From a virus, in IMG/VR virus record IMGVR_UViG_3300004806_000016: DNA of 64,000 nt. One strand, given 5' to 3'. The position numbers and the translations under genes were made by a program. Under the pieces are notes generated by a model, which searched no databases, was not told the origin of the DNA, and saw only the letters and a program-made list of their open reading frames with translations. Below are positions 35,732 through 47,103 of the stretch, piece after piece; positions within the stretch are counted from its first letter, which is position 1, and every line of letters starts with the position of its first letter.

Positions 35732-36959
35732 TTCTAATCCAGGCGATATTGCCGTAGACAAATTGACTGTTACATCATCTAGAGGATCATTGGATCTCTC
35801 TAAATCATTCGTATCATGTTCGATATATGAGAGTATCTTTACACCAGGGATACTGGCAGATATATCTGTTCTTGACGCTGATGACCAAGTCGGTCAATTA
35901 AAAATAACAGGCGATGAGACTGTAGAATTTTCATTCAAAGTTCCAGGCGGCAGCAGTGCAGAATTTAAATTTGCACTCCATATGCTTGATGATGGTAAAC
36001 CAACTGGTGCTCAGAAATCTAAGGTCTATATGCTGAAATGCGTTAGCGAAGAGGCTTTACATTCTAAGACAAACTTTGTTCAGCAGTCGTACAAGAAAAC
36101 AATCAGTGATATGGCTCAAGATATCTTTCTAAGATATATGAAGAGCAGTAAATCATTTGAAGCTGAGGACACAAAAGGAGTCCAGGATATATTGATATCA
36201 CACAAGAATCCTTATGAAGCAGTTGATATGATTAGACGTAGAGCGATCAGCGCCGATAACAAATCATCATCATATGTGTTTTTTGAGACTAGAGAAGGCG
36301 GTACTAGCCCAAAATTTAAATTTGTTACCATAGAAAAATTATTTCAGGAAGCATCAGTAAAATCTTTTAAACAGTCTGATTCTGTTAACAGTAGCACATC
36401 TAATCAGACAGATAACAACATATTGGCATATAAGGTTCCTAAACAATTATCTTCAACTGACCGTATCGCAAATGGTGGTAAACGCAGGACTTCTACTTTT
36501 GATTTTCGCACCCACGAATATAAATCTAAAGATGATACGCCAGATCCTTCATCGTATAAGTCAGGCGGTAAAGGAAGTTATGACTCGCCCGAGTTTAAGA
36601 GTAAGTATAATGATGGAGCAAAGATACCTCCTCAGAATATGATACCTGTTGATACATCGCAGCGTGCTGTTACAAACATAGCAGATAATTCAAAAGATCA
36701 ACAGGCGTATATAGCACAGCTGATGCAGAACGCTTTACAGATTAGAGTGTATGGTGATACCAAACTAACTTGTGGTGCTGTAATTGAGGCTAATATTACG
36801 AAAAAAGTTTCTACGACTGGGGAATACAGTAATGATACTCAGTTGACAGGTAATTTTTTAATTTCTAGAATACATCATGAGATACAAGAAGAAGGCATTA
36901 AGCCAAGATATACTTGTTGTATAGAACTACTGAAGGGTGGATTGGAGAACGGAGTATAA
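35724..36959 (+). CDS. Baseplate hub protein (gp27-like)
   Basis: IYESIF, G.E.V, YVFFET, V.GD..L..G, L.G.FLI..I.H; position between gp53 and gp5. Confidence 0.7.
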   Translation: MADSNPGDIAVDKLTVTSSRGSLDLSKSFVSCSIYESIFTPGILADISVLDADDQVGQLKITGDETVEFSFKVPGGSSAEFKFALHMLDDGKPTGAQKSKVYMLKCVSEEALHSKTNFVQQSYKKTISDMAQDIFLRYMKSSKSFEAEDTKGVQDILISHKNPYEAVDMIRRRAISADNKSSSYVFFETREGGTSPKFKFVTIEKLFQEASVKSFKQSDSVNSSTSNQTDNNILAYKVPKQLSSTDRIANGGKRRTSTFDFRTHEYKSKDDTPDPSSYKSGGKGSYDSPEFKSKYNDGAKIPPQNMIPVDTSQRAVTNIADNSKDQQAYIAQLMQNALQIRVYGDTKLTCGAVIEANITKKVSTTGEYSNDTQLTGNFLISRIHHEIQEEGIKPRYTCCIELLKGGLENGV

Positions 36960-38614
36960 TGACTGAAAGAGATTTAGGTAGTAGTTTTGGTGGTATGTGG
37001 TATGGCGAGGTCGTGGATGTCATGGATCCAGATCAGTCAGGACGTGTTCGCGTGCGCGTATACGGGCGTCATGATGACAAAGAGAATATACCAGATAACA
37101 CATTACCTTGGGCCATGCCAATGCAGCCAGTCACATCAGCTGCGATGGGAAAAATAGGACAGGCACCATTAGGTCTTCTTAAAGGTTCTAAGGTCATGGG
37201 TATGTGGGCTGATAAAGATCAGCAGTATCCAATCATCATGGGCAGCTTCGGTAAAGCTGGTGATCCTGTTGAAGGAGGATCTGTAACGGATGGTGTTCCT
37301 GAGATTAACAAAGATACAGGAAGTATTCCTACAGGTGCAACAAATCAATCTCCTCCTGTTGCTAAGAATCCGTACAGTATTCTAAACCCAGACAGAATAA
37401 CAATCAATGATATTAACAATGGTGTCAAATCAGTTCAAAGCGTATCTAAAGCTGCTGGCATCGTAAACAATCAAGAAGTCGATAAGAAACTAAAAGAACC
37501 ATCGATACCCACAGTCGCTTCTGCTGTTAAAGGTTCTGGTGCGCACATTCTTGACCTCGTAAAACAGGTAGACCCAAAAGGTCTTAGTGCTTCTATACCT
37601 TCTATGGCTAGTAATATGGCCAGCGTTAGAGATATTGTTAATATCTCAAGTCCTCTAGGTCTACAGAATTTAATGTCTGGCGCTGTTGCAGGTATGGTTG
37701 GTAATCTAGCTGGTCAATTCGGTCTAGGTAATATAGCAGGCGTCTTATCTAATGCTCTAAAAGTGGGCGGAGCGACTGGTCTGTTGAATGGTTTAGATCC
37801 TAGTCTTGTAAGAGGTATTAAGATAGGACTATCGACAGCAATTAACAGCGCTATGGCTAATGGTGGCGCAGCAGTTCCTCACGCAGTTCCTTCTACTACG
37901 ACAAGAGGCGCCAATACTCCGATTCCTCTTGCAAGTCTTATTGTTGATAATCCTCCAGATATGTATGTTCAGCAATATTATACTGTTGATGAAGATCCAT
38001 ATCCAGGTTACATAGAATGGTATGACAAAAGATCGAATCAAAAAAGATATACACACAGAAACGGCCAGCCGCATTACGCATCAGCCACAGAGCATGTAAA
38101 AGGCAATGCTGTTGCAGCTCTAACTTCTTCACTCGCTTCTAGTCTGTTAAATGGAGCAATTCCCTCTTCTGCATCCGTCTTAGGCGCTCTGAGTGGTGGG
38201 TTTAGTGCTATGAAAGTTGATGGTTTGACTAAAGTCCTTGGTTCTGGTATCAGCCCAGATAACATAACTAGCATGGCTTCTAAACTATTGCCTGGAGGAC
38301 TTGGTGGCGGTATCGATGGTATCATGAAAGGTCAGTTGCCCAGCTCCGTTCTTGGTGAGGGTGCTGGGAAAGCCATGGGAGCTTTTACTCAGGGTCAGGC
38401 CATGTTATCTGCTAAAAAGAGTAGCCTCATTGACTCCATCAAACCAAAAGATTCAGAATTAGATAGCAAACTGGATGATTCGTTGAAAGGATTGTCTGCC
38501 GCAGATAAGGCATCTGTCTTAAATGGTGGTCTAACGACTGCAGAAAAAGCAGCAGTCCAACAACAACAGATTAACCAGACATTTGGCCAAGATAGACCAA
38601 TCATAAAGGGATAA
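36959..38614 (+). CDS. 5: gp5 N-terminal part (OB-fold) with long G/A/S/L-rich extension, no lysozyme domain
   Basis: GEVVD..DP...GRVRVR..G.H, LPWA.P..P..SA, D.D.Q.PII.GS. Confidence 0.8.
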   Translation: MTERDLGSSFGGMWYGEVVDVMDPDQSGRVRVRVYGRHDDKENIPDNTLPWAMPMQPVTSAAMGKIGQAPLGLLKGSKVMGMWADKDQQYPIIMGSFGKAGDPVEGGSVTDGVPEINKDTGSIPTGATNQSPPVAKNPYSILNPDRITINDINNGVKSVQSVSKAAGIVNNQEVDKKLKEPSIPTVASAVKGSGAHILDLVKQVDPKGLSASIPSMASNMASVRDIVNISSPLGLQNLMSGAVAGMVGNLAGQFGLGNIAGVLSNALKVGGATGLLNGLDPSLVRGIKIGLSTAINSAMANGGAAVPHAVPSTTTRGANTPIPLASLIVDNPPDMYVQQYYTVDEDPYPGYIEWYDKRSNQKRYTHRNGQPHYASATEHVKGNAVAALTSSLASSLLNGAIPSSASVLGALSGGFSAMKVDGLTKVLGSGISPDNITSMASKLLPGGLGGGIDGIMKGQLPSSVLGEGAGKAMGAFTQGQAMLSAKKSSLIDSIKPKDSELDSKLDDSLKGLSAADKASVLNGGLTTAEKAAVQQQQINQTFGQDRPIIKG

Positions 38615-38616
38615 GA

Positions 38617-39399
38617 ATGGCGACCGATTATAATGTAAAACATCCGAAACTCCCATATGAGGGAAATTATCCTAATCTTCACGTATCGCAGGATGCTGCC
38701 GGCAATCAGATCATCAAGAGTCTTGAGCCTGGAAAAGAGGCATATTTTGAGGTCATGGCAAGCGGCTCTTACTACGGTCATGCAGCTGATGGTTCTAGGA
38801 CTGAGGTAGTTGTAGGTAAAACCCACCAATATCACGGTGACGGAGTTTCCAAGACGGCTGACGGACACTCTGACGAAAAGGTAAGCGGTTCGGTCAGATC
38901 AAACAGCGATGGTGGTAGAAGCAGCGAGAATGGCGGCGACAATTATTCTGGCGGTTCAGGTCATAACGTATCAGCTACACAGGATTCTGGTATCTCCCAC
39001 AGTAGTGGTGACGTCTTTCATACCTCAGAGGGTAATCATATCACCCAGCATGATGGTAACGTAAGCCATGCTGTCACAGGAGATATGGTTGAGGTCGTTA
39101 ATGGCCATAAAATGGATATAATAACTGGTGAGTATGGTATAAATATTCAAAGCGGTAATTTTGATATTCAGACTAACGATGGCAAGACTAGAATAAAGAG
39201 TTCGGATGCCATCATAATTGATAGTGATACTTCGATAACATTAAATGTTGGTGGTACTTCAATAACTATTACTCAGGGTGGTATTGTTATTGACAGTGGT
39301 GGTTCTACTACTATTAAATCTTCTAAGAGCAATGTTATTAGATCTAATAATGGTACTCAGCTTGAAATTGCTAATGTCCCACCAAAAGGTAAAGGTTAA
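38617..39399 (+). CDS. gp5 C-terminal beta-helix spike part
   Basis: YP..HV....G, SGSY....DG....VVG and V.G repeats. Confidence 0.7.
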   Translation: MATDYNVKHPKLPYEGNYPNLHVSQDAAGNQIIKSLEPGKEAYFEVMASGSYYGHAADGSRTEVVVGKTHQYHGDGVSKTADGHSDEKVSGSVRSNSDGGRSSENGGDNYSGGSGHNVSATQDSGISHSSGDVFHTSEGNHITQHDGNVSHAVTGDMVEVVNGHKMDIITGEYGINIQSGNFDIQTNDGKTRIKSSDAIIIDSDTSITLNVGGTSITITQGGIVIDSGGSTTIKSSKSNVIRSNNGTQLEIANVPPKGKG

Positions 39400-39402
39400 T
39401 AG

Positions 39403-39819
39403 ATGGCAAGAGCCGATATAGTCCAAAAAGGAAAACCAGTAGAGTATTTCAGCGATTTTCTGAATAATATGGACGTACATCCGATTAACAAGACTCTTGG
39501 TAAAGTCATAAACGAAGAATCTGTAAAACAATCATTAAAGAATCTCATACTCACAAATATCGGAGAGAGATTATTTCAGCCTACAATTGGTTCAAACGTA
39601 TACAAAGCTCTGTTTGAACCAAACGATGTCATTACAGCTGAAAATATAACATACCATATAACTTCAACGATAAAACAGAACGAAAAGAGAGTAATTCTGT
39701 TGAATGTTATCGTCAATCCTAATCCTGATAATTATTCTTTTGACGTAAACATCATTTTTTCTCTAATAAATAATCCAGATACTATAAATTTAAATCTAAT
39801 CCTTAGAAGAGTAAGATAA
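39403..39819 (+). CDS. 25: gp25 baseplate wedge subunit
   Basis: SVKQSLKNLILTN.GER.FQP..GS, LFE, E.RV, L.R.R. Confidence 0.93.
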   Translation: MARADIVQKGKPVEYFSDFLNNMDVHPINKTLGKVINEESVKQSLKNLILTNIGERLFQPTIGSNVYKALFEPNDVITAENITYHITSTIKQNEKRVILLNVIVNPNPDNYSFDVNIIFSLINNPDTINLNLILRRVR

Positions 39820-41639
39820 TGGCAAATAGCGCATTAGTATTAACATCGTTAGATTTTGATACTCTAAAATCCCAGCTAAAAACGTTCCTTCAATCGCAAA
39901 GTCAGTTTAAAGACTATGACTATGAAGGTTCTAACATGAACGTCCTCCTTGACGTTTTGTCTTACAACACATATCTCAACTCTTTCTATCTTAATATGAT
40001 GGCTTCTGAGACATTCTTAGATACTGCGCAGCTTTACAGTTCTGTTGTCTCGCATGCGAAAGAACTGAATTATACACCAAGATCAGCGAGATCGGCAAAA
40101 GCTACTGTAAGTTGTAACTTTATAACTACTGGTATATCTAACACATTCTCAATCCCAAAGGGGACACAGTTTTCTGGTCAGAATGCTAATGGATCTTATA
40201 CGTTCGTTACAGATAGAACACAGACCATAACTTCAACAAACAACGTATTCTCTATAACTAGTTTAGATATCTATGAGGGTTCCTACATCAACGAGACTAT
40301 GATTGTTGATAATACCATAGAAAATCAAAAATTCGTTCTATCAAATAAAAATATTGATACAAGTAGTATCGTTGTTACTGTCTCTGAAGATAATGGTTCT
40401 AATGTTAATGATTTTTTACAGAGCGATACTCTGTATAATTTGAATTCTGAATCTCAGATATATTTCCTACAATCAACTTTAGATGGTTATTATGAAATCG
40501 TATTTGGGGATGGTGTTTTTGGTCGCGTACCGCAAAACAATGCTTTGATTCTTGTAACATATAGAGTATGTAATGGTTCTGATGGTAATGGCGTAACCAC
40601 CTTCTTCTTAAACAAAGATTTAGGAGCATACAATGGCGGTAATTCTACAGCAAAAATAACTCCAGTAGTTACATCTGCTGATGGTTCGCCTATCGAAACA
40701 ATTGAATCAATTCGTTTTAGAGCACCAAGAAATTATCAGACTCAGGATAGAGCTGTTACTGTTTCGGATTATAAGACTCTTATCCTAAACAATTTTCCAG
40801 AAATAAAAGACGTGAACGTATACGGCGGCGAAGAAGTTACAGATAGCATACAGTATGGAAAAGTTATTATTGTACCATCAACATTTTCTGGTTCGACGCT
40901 TACAAATCAAAGAAAAACTGATGTTATAACTTATCTAAAAACTAAAAAAATCATAGGAATAGAATTAGTAGTTTCTGATCCTGACTACGTTTATGTCGTG
41001 CCAACTATTAACGTAAATGTTGATTTTAAGAATACACCCATGACTCCAGCAGAGATCCAATCTTCTGTGATTAATGCTGTTAGTGCATTTAATAAGAGTA
41101 ACCTACAGATATTCAACAATACCTTTAGATTTTCTAAATTAGTTGAGGCTGTTGATGCAGCAGACGCCAGTATCGTAGGCAATCAGATTAATACTCAAAT
41201 TTATAAGATTGTAGAGCCTATTATTGGAACAGCTACATCTGTAACAACGAAATTCAATAATTCTCTACTTCCAGGGACGATCAGTAGCAGTCAATTCTTA
41301 TTGAGTGATGGAAATACATACATCATAACAGATTACAGCGAATTAAATAATACTTTTGAAAGACAAATTACACCTTTGGGATTTTCTGTTTATAATACAA
41401 ACCCAGTTTTGTATTTGAAGAAAATAACAACAAATAACACATTGGTATATATGAACGCTGGTACTATAGATTATAATACAGGTATATTAAACATAACAAA
41501 TCTTAATGTTATTGATTTTCTTGGTAATAATGGTATTATTCTGTCAGGAACACCAGTAAATGATGATATTTCTGGTACTTTCAACAATATCGTAGAAATA
41601 GATATCGGCGCGATGTCAGTTAATGTAAATGCAGTCTAA
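39819..41639 (+). CDS. 6: gp6 baseplate wedge subunit
   Basis: LDFD..K..L, FKDYDYEGSN, HAKELNY.P.S, FGDGVFG, QDRAVT..DY. Confidence 0.95.
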   Translation: MANSALVLTSLDFDTLKSQLKTFLQSQSQFKDYDYEGSNMNVLLDVLSYNTYLNSFYLNMMASETFLDTAQLYSSVVSHAKELNYTPRSARSAKATVSCNFITTGISNTFSIPKGTQFSGQNANGSYTFVTDRTQTITSTNNVFSITSLDIYEGSYINETMIVDNTIENQKFVLSNKNIDTSSIVVTVSEDNGSNVNDFLQSDTLYNLNSESQIYFLQSTLDGYYEIVFGDGVFGRVPQNNALILVTYRVCNGSDGNGVTTFFLNKDLGAYNGGNSTAKITPVVTSADGSPIETIESIRFRAPRNYQTQDRAVTVSDYKTLILNNFPEIKDVNVYGGEEVTDSIQYGKVIIVPSTFSGSTLTNQRKTDVITYLKTKKIIGIELVVSDPDYVYVVPTINVNVDFKNTPMTPAEIQSSVINAVSAFNKSNLQIFNNTFRFSKLVEAVDAADASIVGNQINTQIYKIVEPIIGTATSVTTKFNNSLLPGTISSSQFLLSDGNTYIITDYSELNNTFERQITPLGFSVYNTNPVLYLKKITTNNTLVYMNAGTIDYNTGILNITNLNVIDFLGNNGIILSGTPVNDDISGTFNNIVEIDIGAMSVNVNAV

Positions 41640-43690
41640 TGAATATAGAAAAATTTATATCGCCATTAATTAAATCTCAGTTTCCTGGTTTCTATAGAGA
41701 TCAGGGGCCAAATTTCATTGCTTTCGTTCAAGCGTATTATGAATGGATGGAAAAACAGGGAAATGTTATAAATTTATCTAGATCTCTATCTGAGATTGGT
41801 GATATTGATCTTACTACAGCAGAATTTATCAAATATTTTAAGACAAAATATATAAACTCTCTTCCAGATAATGTTATTACTGACAAAAGATTATTGGTAA
41901 AACACATCATAGATCTTTATCGTTCTAAGGGTAACGAGAGCTCTTATAAACTGCTATTTCGTATGTTATTTAATGAAGATATAGATTTTTATATTCCCAG
42001 CGAATATATGATGAAACCTTCCGATAATACTTGGTTTGTTCCAAAATACATTGAAGTTTCTGATAGTTATTACCTACAAGATTTAGTTGGCCATTCTATC
42101 TACAGTTCTGGAAACGGAACAGGGGTTGTTGAAGATTTTACCACAAAGATTGTTAGTGGTAAAACCATAAACATTTTACATCTTTCTAATGTTGAAGGAC
42201 AATTTAAATATGGTGAAGAAATCTACTCATATGATTTTCCTGAAATAAACATATCTAACGCTCCAGTCATATTTGGCTCTCTTTCTACTGTTTCTGTTAC
42301 TTCTGGTGGCTATAATTATAAGGTAGGCGATCTACTCAATGTTATTGGAAGTGGTTTTGGTGGTGTTGCTAGAGTCGCAGCCACAACAAACCAAAACGGT
42401 AAAGTTACTTTTAATCTTAAGAATGGCGGTAAAGGATTTTCTACTAGCCCAAATATCACTATTACTGGTGGTGGCGGCGCAGGAGCTTCTTTCCAGGTTG
42501 GTGGTATAACAGACACTCAGATCGTCTCTCTTAACACAGACGTCATCAATGGTTTAAAAGATACTCTACTGGATATAGAGACTGAGGGTCTAGCTCTTAA
42601 TGTCTCGATATTGTCTGGCACCTTTATAAACAACGAATATATCCATCTATCCGCTAACGCAAAACATTTTGATGTGGTGCAAATATTTGGTAATATCAGT
42701 AACGGCGAATCTCTTTCAAATAGTTCTTTGGGTATTTCAGGTCTTACTGTATATAATTCAGACGGAAATATGATATATTGTATTGGTTCGGATACCAATC
42801 TTAACAATGCAAATCTTGTGCCAGGCGTTATCTTAATAAGCAATACTTCTTCTTCGACTGTTAAGATTAATTCCACCTTTCCTAAAGTTACAGTGTCTGG
42901 AAACGGAGTCGTTAATACTTACGCATCAAATAGTTCTGTTCTTACGATCTTTAACCCAACTTCTGATATTGGCTATTTTATACCTAGTCTGACTGTAACA
43001 GGTAATACATCTGGGGCGACAGCAAAAATTACTGGTATTAACAGATTAACAAACTGGGGTCCGAGTTATTTTCCTGCTGGTTTCGGTAATGAGAATCTAA
43101 ACAGCAACATTGGTAATACATTAAGATTTGTTGTTAAAGAAGTCGGAACCATAACATTCTTAAATAACATAAATCCAGGCACTGGTTACTCATCAAGCCC
43201 AACAGTAGAAATAGTTGAGCCTCTATTATATGATCTTAGAATACCAGACGGCATTGGTGGATATTTGGGTTATGATGCTATCGTAACAGCGAATGCCGGA
43301 ACAGCAACAGGAATTGTTACTGGAGTTACGATTTATGATTCTGGATTGGGATATATACCAGATGAAAACGTAAATCTAGTAAACGCTAACAATACAGCTA
43401 CTGTTACTGGTACTACAATTGTTGATCTAAATGGTGTTGGCGCTGGTTCTTATAAGAACACTAGAAGTTTCCTTAGTGAGACTATGAAAATTCAAGATAG
43501 CTATTTTTATCAGGCTTTCTCATACCAGATTACAGCAAACAGAATGATCGATACATACCAAAAATTCGTTCTAGACCTCGTTCATCCCTCTGGGTTCCTT
43601 CTTTTTGGTGCGTATTCGATCAAAAACGAACTGACAGAAGAATATTCACAACCAATCTCTTTTACATTGAATGGCGTTAGTTATTCATAA
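41639..43690 (+). CDS. 7: gp7 baseplate wedge initiator
   Basis: QFP.F......F..F..AYYEW, Y.SKG...S..LLFR.LF, IQDS.FYQ.FSY, HP.G. Confidence 0.88.
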   Translation: MNIEKFISPLIKSQFPGFYRDQGPNFIAFVQAYYEWMEKQGNVINLSRSLSEIGDIDLTTAEFIKYFKTKYINSLPDNVITDKRLLVKHIIDLYRSKGNESSYKLLFRMLFNEDIDFYIPSEYMMKPSDNTWFVPKYIEVSDSYYLQDLVGHSIYSSGNGTGVVEDFTTKIVSGKTINILHLSNVEGQFKYGEEIYSYDFPEINISNAPVIFGSLSTVSVTSGGYNYKVGDLLNVIGSGFGGVARVAATTNQNGKVTFNLKNGGKGFSTSPNITITGGGGAGASFQVGGITDTQIVSLNTDVINGLKDTLLDIETEGLALNVSILSGTFINNEYIHLSANAKHFDVVQIFGNISNGESLSNSSLGISGLTVYNSDGNMIYCIGSDTNLNNANLVPGVILISNTSSSTVKINSTFPKVTVSGNGVVNTYASNSSVLTIFNPTSDIGYFIPSLTVTGNTSGATAKITGINRLTNWGPSYFPAGFGNENLNSNIGNTLRFVVKEVGTITFLNNINPGTGYSSSPTVEIVEPLLYDLRIPDGIGGYLGYDAIVTANAGTATGIVTGVTIYDSGLGYIPDENVNLVNANNTATVTGTTIVDLNGVGAGSYKNTRSFLSETMKIQDSYFYQAFSYQITANRMIDTYQKFVLDLVHPSGFLLFGAYSIKNELTEEYSQPISFTLNGVSYS

Positions 43691-43720
43691 TAAATACAAT
43701 AAATCATATCGGGTAAAATA

Positions 43721-46700
43721 ATGGCAGCTTTAACGATACATCATTACCTAGACATTATTGATTCTTTCATCAATAATCTCACGAATTCTTCTAAATCTTA
43801 TTATCTGTTCATGGGCAGACCACAGCCATGGGTAAATGATTCTGGTGCAAATGATGATACTGCTGTTCAACCTGCAGATGGCTCAGTAAATCAACACGAA
43901 TCTACAATCTATAATGATATTGTTTTTGGGAAACTAATCTCAAATACAAATGTTTCATATATGATCCCAAGATATGATTGGGCCAATAACACATATTACG
44001 ACAGATACGATCAGTTTGATGCTAATCTCTATTCTAAGGCATTTTATGTTCTTAACGACAATTATGAAGTCTATAAATGCATAGACAACAATAATGGCGC
44101 AAATTCTACAGTAAAACCTTCTCTTACTTCTACGATTGGAACATTCCAAACAGGCGATGGCTATACTTGGAAATATATGTATAGTGTTGGTTCTGACGCA
44201 AATACCAATTTTACAAGTACTACATATATTCCTGTGACACCAAATAATTATGTAACTGGTAATGCTGTTGGTGGCACAATCGACGTTATTAGATTGTTAA
44301 ACGGTGGTAACAACTATCAGGCACATTACAGTGGATTTTTACAAGGAACCGTAAACAATTATGTGGTAACTCTTGATGCTAATGCTGCTCCTATCGACAA
44401 TTATTATGTGGGTTCTTCGATGTATCTTAAATCTGGTTTCGGCGCAGGCCAGATCCGTAAGATTACCAATTACAATGGCGCAAACAAACTGGTTCGTGTA
44501 GATTCACCATTTGATACTTTTATCAATTTTAATCTTGATGGTTATAGTGGCAATTTTAATGTTGGTGATACTCTAACACAAAATATCGATAGTATCGCAG
44601 TTTCTTACACAAAAGGCATATTCCAAGTTGGTGACAGTATAGTTCAATCTGATACAGGAGCAAACGGAACTATCGTTACAGCAAACTCTACTGTATATAA
44701 AGTCGTAAGAAATAGTCTTGCTACAACGTTCTCGTTAGGTTATCCGTTCATCAATACATCTCAATCTGGCACTCTCAAGAGTGGTAATGTTAATATCATA
44801 TCTGGTAATAATTGGGTTATTGCCAATGGTGGGACTTCATTTACCTCGAATTATTCTGCTAATGACTATATTCGCGTTGGTTCTGATGCTAATACAAATG
44901 TCAGACGTGTTACCTCTGTCAACAGCACAGTTATTATCGTAGATTCTCCTTTTGGTAATTCAGCGACTGCAAATGTTCATTATTCTATGCCATACGTTGC
45001 TGAACCTCTTTCTATATCATTGCTCTCAGCGAATGGTACTGTATCAAATACAAATCTTAATGGCGTATCAATAAACATCACTAATCCAAACATACTTGGT
45101 TATTATTACATAATCGGCGAAAAAGTTAACATGGTTGACGGAAGTGGTATCAACCAAGGCGTTTCTGCTACAGTATCTTTTGCCAATTCTTCAACAGTAA
45201 TATTAACAAATGTTTCAGGTACTGGATTTATAGGTGGAGATACTTATTTCCTAAAAGGCGAATCATCACTATTAGAAAATACTATTCATGCTGTAACCAG
45301 TTATCCTAACATAACAATCTCTAGTCCAATCGGAACATTTATATCTGGGCAAAACATATTCTCAAAAGATTCTGCTAATCTGCAGATTACTCATGGTTAT
45401 GCAAACGTAATATCTTATTATACTATTCCGAATCAGTTAACAGAATATGTCATATCTCCAACTGTTAATATTGTTGGTGATGGTAGTGGTGCTCTCGCAT
45501 ACTCAACTGTTAATACTGATATAAAATCAACTTTGATTATTGACTCAACAAATACTATATCGTTTACTGCTGGTGAAATCGTGTATCAGAGTGATGGTAC
45601 AGCCAATATTGGTTTGGGTATCCTTTATCAAGCAAATAGTTCTACTCTATCAATCAGTAATACTATCGGTTCATTTACTGTTTCGCCAAACTCAACATTC
45701 TATATCACAGGATTTACTTCTGGCGCCACAGCAAATGTTGTATCATATAATTTTTCTGCTACATCAAATAACATATCTAGAGTAATAGTAATCAATCCAG
45801 GCCAAGGATATACTTCTGCTAATGTTACTCTAACATCAAATAACACATATGGCAATGGTGCTCTGGCTGCAGCAACTATATCTCCAATTTTAGGCCATGG
45901 TTCCGATACTCATGCAGAGCTTGGTGCTAGATATGCTGGGGTTTCTGTGTTGATAGATAGCCCAACCAATGAATCTTATAAATTTCCTGTCTATGGAAAA
46001 TACAGAAGAGTAGGTATTATCGAAAACCCATTATTTGCTGATGCAATGATACAGGTTGGTGATTTTGACAGAGTTAAACTTACTATCACAAATAAAAATG
46101 CCAATACATTTGTTCCAGGAGAGATTGTAATTCAATCTAATACGAATGCAGCTGGTATCGTTGTTTATGGTAACACAACATATCTAGAGTTGAGAAATGT
46201 TAAAGGAACATTTAGCGCCAATGGAAAATACGCAAACGGCAGTTCTTCTAACGATAACATCTTAGCTCTCAGCTCACTAACAACTGCAAATGTTTCCTTG
46301 TCTAATGTGGCTTATTTTAACGTCTATTCAAATGTTGATATCATTTCAGAAACATATTCTGGTGCTAGCGCATATCTTAAAAGTATTCCAGGCGGCCAAA
46401 ACTCAAATCTATTCTTGACTAATGTAACAGGAAAATTCGAATATAATGACATCGTATATGATGCAGGGTCGAATGCTTATGCTAATGTTACAGCAATATA
46501 TGCTGCAAACGGTACTATTGATGTTACTTCTTCGTTTGGCCGTAAATTTAGCCAGACAGTTCGTTTCCCATTAACATCAAATACCGCAGCATTTCAGCAA
46601 TTTGAATATGTTAAACAACAGACTTCTAATTCTATTGGTCGCGTAATAAGCAATAATAACGAATTCGATTTTGCTATTGAATTACCCAGTGGTTCGTTTG

Positions 46701-47095
46701 ACACTGGAAACTGGGTAGTCAGTCAGAATACTGGAGCTAATGCAATAGTAACATTCGCAAATAGCACATATTTAAGAGTAACTGCAGCAAATGGACAATT
46801 TTATGCTACGGATAACATTATAAATAATCTTGGTATTACTGCAGAAATTGCTAGTGTTTATCCTGTCTTAGTTCTTGGTGATATACAAGGTCCAAGATTC
46901 CAAGCAGGTTCTCTATCAGGTAATGTTGTTGGTACCGATTCTGGTGCGATTGGTAAGTGTTTGCTGAATAATAATAACATATTGTATCCGGATTTGGTTC
47001 GTGATTCAGGTGCTGTTACTTATATAGAAAACGTATCTCCATTCACAATAACTAACACATCTCAAGAGAGTGTAAGACTTATTATTAAATTTTAG
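43721..47095 (+). CDS. 8: gp8 baseplate wedge subunit with large repeat insertions
   Basis: IPRYDW, FYVLN....VYKCIDNN.G..ST..P, DGY.WKYMY, GHG.D...ELGA, SG...YIEN. Confidence 0.88.
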   Translation: MAALTIHHYLDIIDSFINNLTNSSKSYYLFMGRPQPWVNDSGANDDTAVQPADGSVNQHESTIYNDIVFGKLISNTNVSYMIPRYDWANNTYYDRYDQFDANLYSKAFYVLNDNYEVYKCIDNNNGANSTVKPSLTSTIGTFQTGDGYTWKYMYSVGSDANTNFTSTTYIPVTPNNYVTGNAVGGTIDVIRLLNGGNNYQAHYSGFLQGTVNNYVVTLDANAAPIDNYYVGSSMYLKSGFGAGQIRKITNYNGANKLVRVDSPFDTFINFNLDGYSGNFNVGDTLTQNIDSIAVSYTKGIFQVGDSIVQSDTGANGTIVTANSTVYKVVRNSLATTFSLGYPFINTSQSGTLKSGNVNIISGNNWVIANGGTSFTSNYSANDYIRVGSDANTNVRRVTSVNSTVIIVDSPFGNSATANVHYSMPYVAEPLSISLLSANGTVSNTNLNGVSINITNPNILGYYYIIGEKVNMVDGSGINQGVSATVSFANSSTVILTNVSGTGFIGGDTYFLKGESSLLENTIHAVTSYPNITISSPIGTFISGQNIFSKDSANLQITHGYANVISYYTIPNQLTEYVISPTVNIVGDGSGALAYSTVNTDIKSTLIIDSTNTISFTAGEIVYQSDGTANIGLGILYQANSSTLSISNTIGSFTVSPNSTFYITGFTSGATANVVSYNFSATSNNISRVIVINPGQGYTSANVTLTSNNTYGNGALAAATISPILGHGSDTHAELGARYAGVSVLIDSPTNESYKFPVYGKYRRVGIIENPLFADAMIQVGDFDRVKLTITNKNANTFVPGEIVIQSNTNAAGIVVYGNTTYLELRNVKGTFSANGKYANGSSSNDNILALSSLTTANVSLSNVAYFNVYSNVDIISETYSGASAYLKSIPGGQNSNLFLTNVTGKFEYNDIVYDAGSNAYANVTAIYAANGTIDVTSSFGRKFSQTVRFPLTSNTAAFQQFEYVKQQTSNSIGRVISNNNEFDFAIELPSGSFDTGNWVVSQNTGANAIVTFANSTYLRVTAANGQFYATDNIINNLGITAEIASVYPVLVLGDIQGPRFQAGSLSGNVVGTDSGAIGKCLLNNNNILYPDLVRDSGAVTYIENVSPFTITNTSQESVRLIIKF

Positions 47096-47103
47096 AGGAA
47101 AAT

